From Candidatus Micrarchaeota archaeon (GTDB lineage Archaea; Micrarchaeota; Micrarchaeia; Anstonellales; JAGGVH01), in NCBI GenBank assembly GCA_021158105.1, contig JAGGVH010000039.1, positions 1-55,697 of the forward strand: DNA of 55,697 bases. Reading direction: 5' to 3'. Shown piece after piece: positions 55,029 to 55,697 of this stretch (positions within the stretch are counted from its first letter, which is position 1; each line of letters opens with the position of its first letter). Position numbers and translations under genes: made by a program. The notes under the pieces are model-generated. The model was not told the origin of the DNA and ran no database searches. It saw nothing but the letters and a program-made list of their open reading frames with translations.

Positions 55029-55697
55029 TTAATATTTGTCCATGTATATGTAATCTCTAACTTCAACCTTTTTGAAGAATGGTTTAACAGTATTAACCAA
55101 AAGCTGAATCTCTTCTTTTTTGAACAGACCGGGATTAAAGCCTGGCTTGACAAACTCTACACCCTCTGGCGAGATAAATGTTTGTATGACATACCTGTCT
55201 TTTTCTCCGATGTCATTCAACCACTCACCGATTTTAGTCATTGCATCAACATTATGAATACCTGGAACAATCGTAGTTCTAAAATCATGCGGCAACCCTG
55301 AAGATACAATATACCTTAATGTTTCTTCAATCTTATCAACTGGCGGGCTGGAAATACCGACAGCTTTTTGGTATTCATCCTTAGCAGTTTTAACGTCAAT
55401 CGCTATATAATCTATAAGTTTTTCATCAATAACCTTCTTGACAAAGCCAGGATTTGTCCCATTCGTGTCAAACTTGACTGAAAACCCTTCATCCTTAAGA
55501 CGCTTCAGAAAATTTAACATGTCATCCCCATGCAACGTAGGCTCACCACCAGTTATCGCCACTGCATCAACTATCCTCTTTCTTGACATAAGAATGTTAA
55601 ATATCTCATCTTCATCGATCTGTTCTTCACTTTTTGGATATTTTTCTGGAATGACCAATGACGCATTGTAACAAAAGGGACATCTGAAATTACATCC
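55029..55697 (-). CDS. Radical SAM protein, anaerobic RNR activase-like (5' end outside the window)
   Basis: Frame stays open to the window edge: GCNFRCPFCYN (CxxxCxxC), then AITGGEPTL, KFDTNG, IAIDVK, FRTT. Confidence 0.88.
   Translation of the reverse strand, partial: GCNFRCPFCYNASLVIPEKYPKSEEQIDEDEIFNILMSRKRIVDAVAITGGEPTLHGDDMLNFLKRLKDEGFSVKFDTNGTNPGFVKKVIDEKLIDYIAIDVKTAKDEYQKAVGISSPPVDKIEETLRYIVSSGLPHDFRTTIVPGIHNVDAMTKIGEWLNDIGEKDRYVIQTFISPEGVEFVKPGFNPGLFKKEEIQLLVNTVKPFFKKVEVRDYIYMDKY

Overview
A low-GC archaeal chromosome segment, most likely DPANN (Micrarchaeota-like; this is inferred from the archaeal r-proteins L14e/L19e/L32e/L34e/L35Ae/S4e, Rpp29, archease, form III RuBisCO and a VirB2-like pilin beside a Tad-type ATPase). 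Layout: (1) 1-11.9 kb housekeeping and metabolic genes (rpl35ae, archease, thrS, two HD proteins, SRP RNA, RuBisCO, MscS, Xth, Trx, GDH); (2) 11.9-28.1 kb complete archaeal S10-spc r-protein/secY/adk/cmk cluster on the minus strand, including an rps14 missing from the ORF track; (3) 28.4-39.6 kb accessory block; (4) 39.7-55.7 kb ABC exporter operon, basic H1-like peptide, RPA, PfkB kinase, NFACT, dodecin, Hsp20, Whirly-like protein, PAC2, pilus/secretion cluster, beta-CASP nuclease and a truncated radical SAM gene. Best leads: a 45-nt bulge-helix-bulge intron in helix 8 of the SRP RNA whose predicted splicing restores the GGAA tetraloop; a three-gene operon with two paralogous proteins ending in outer-membrane-type amphipathic beta-strand domains (one with a terminal Phe) around a CARDB lipoprotein; an AAA_14/DUF4143 ATPase gene bracketed by 51-bp direct repeats (50/51 identical); and a close sequence match to plant Whirly proteins. 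All family calls come from motif recognition by eye; no database search was run.
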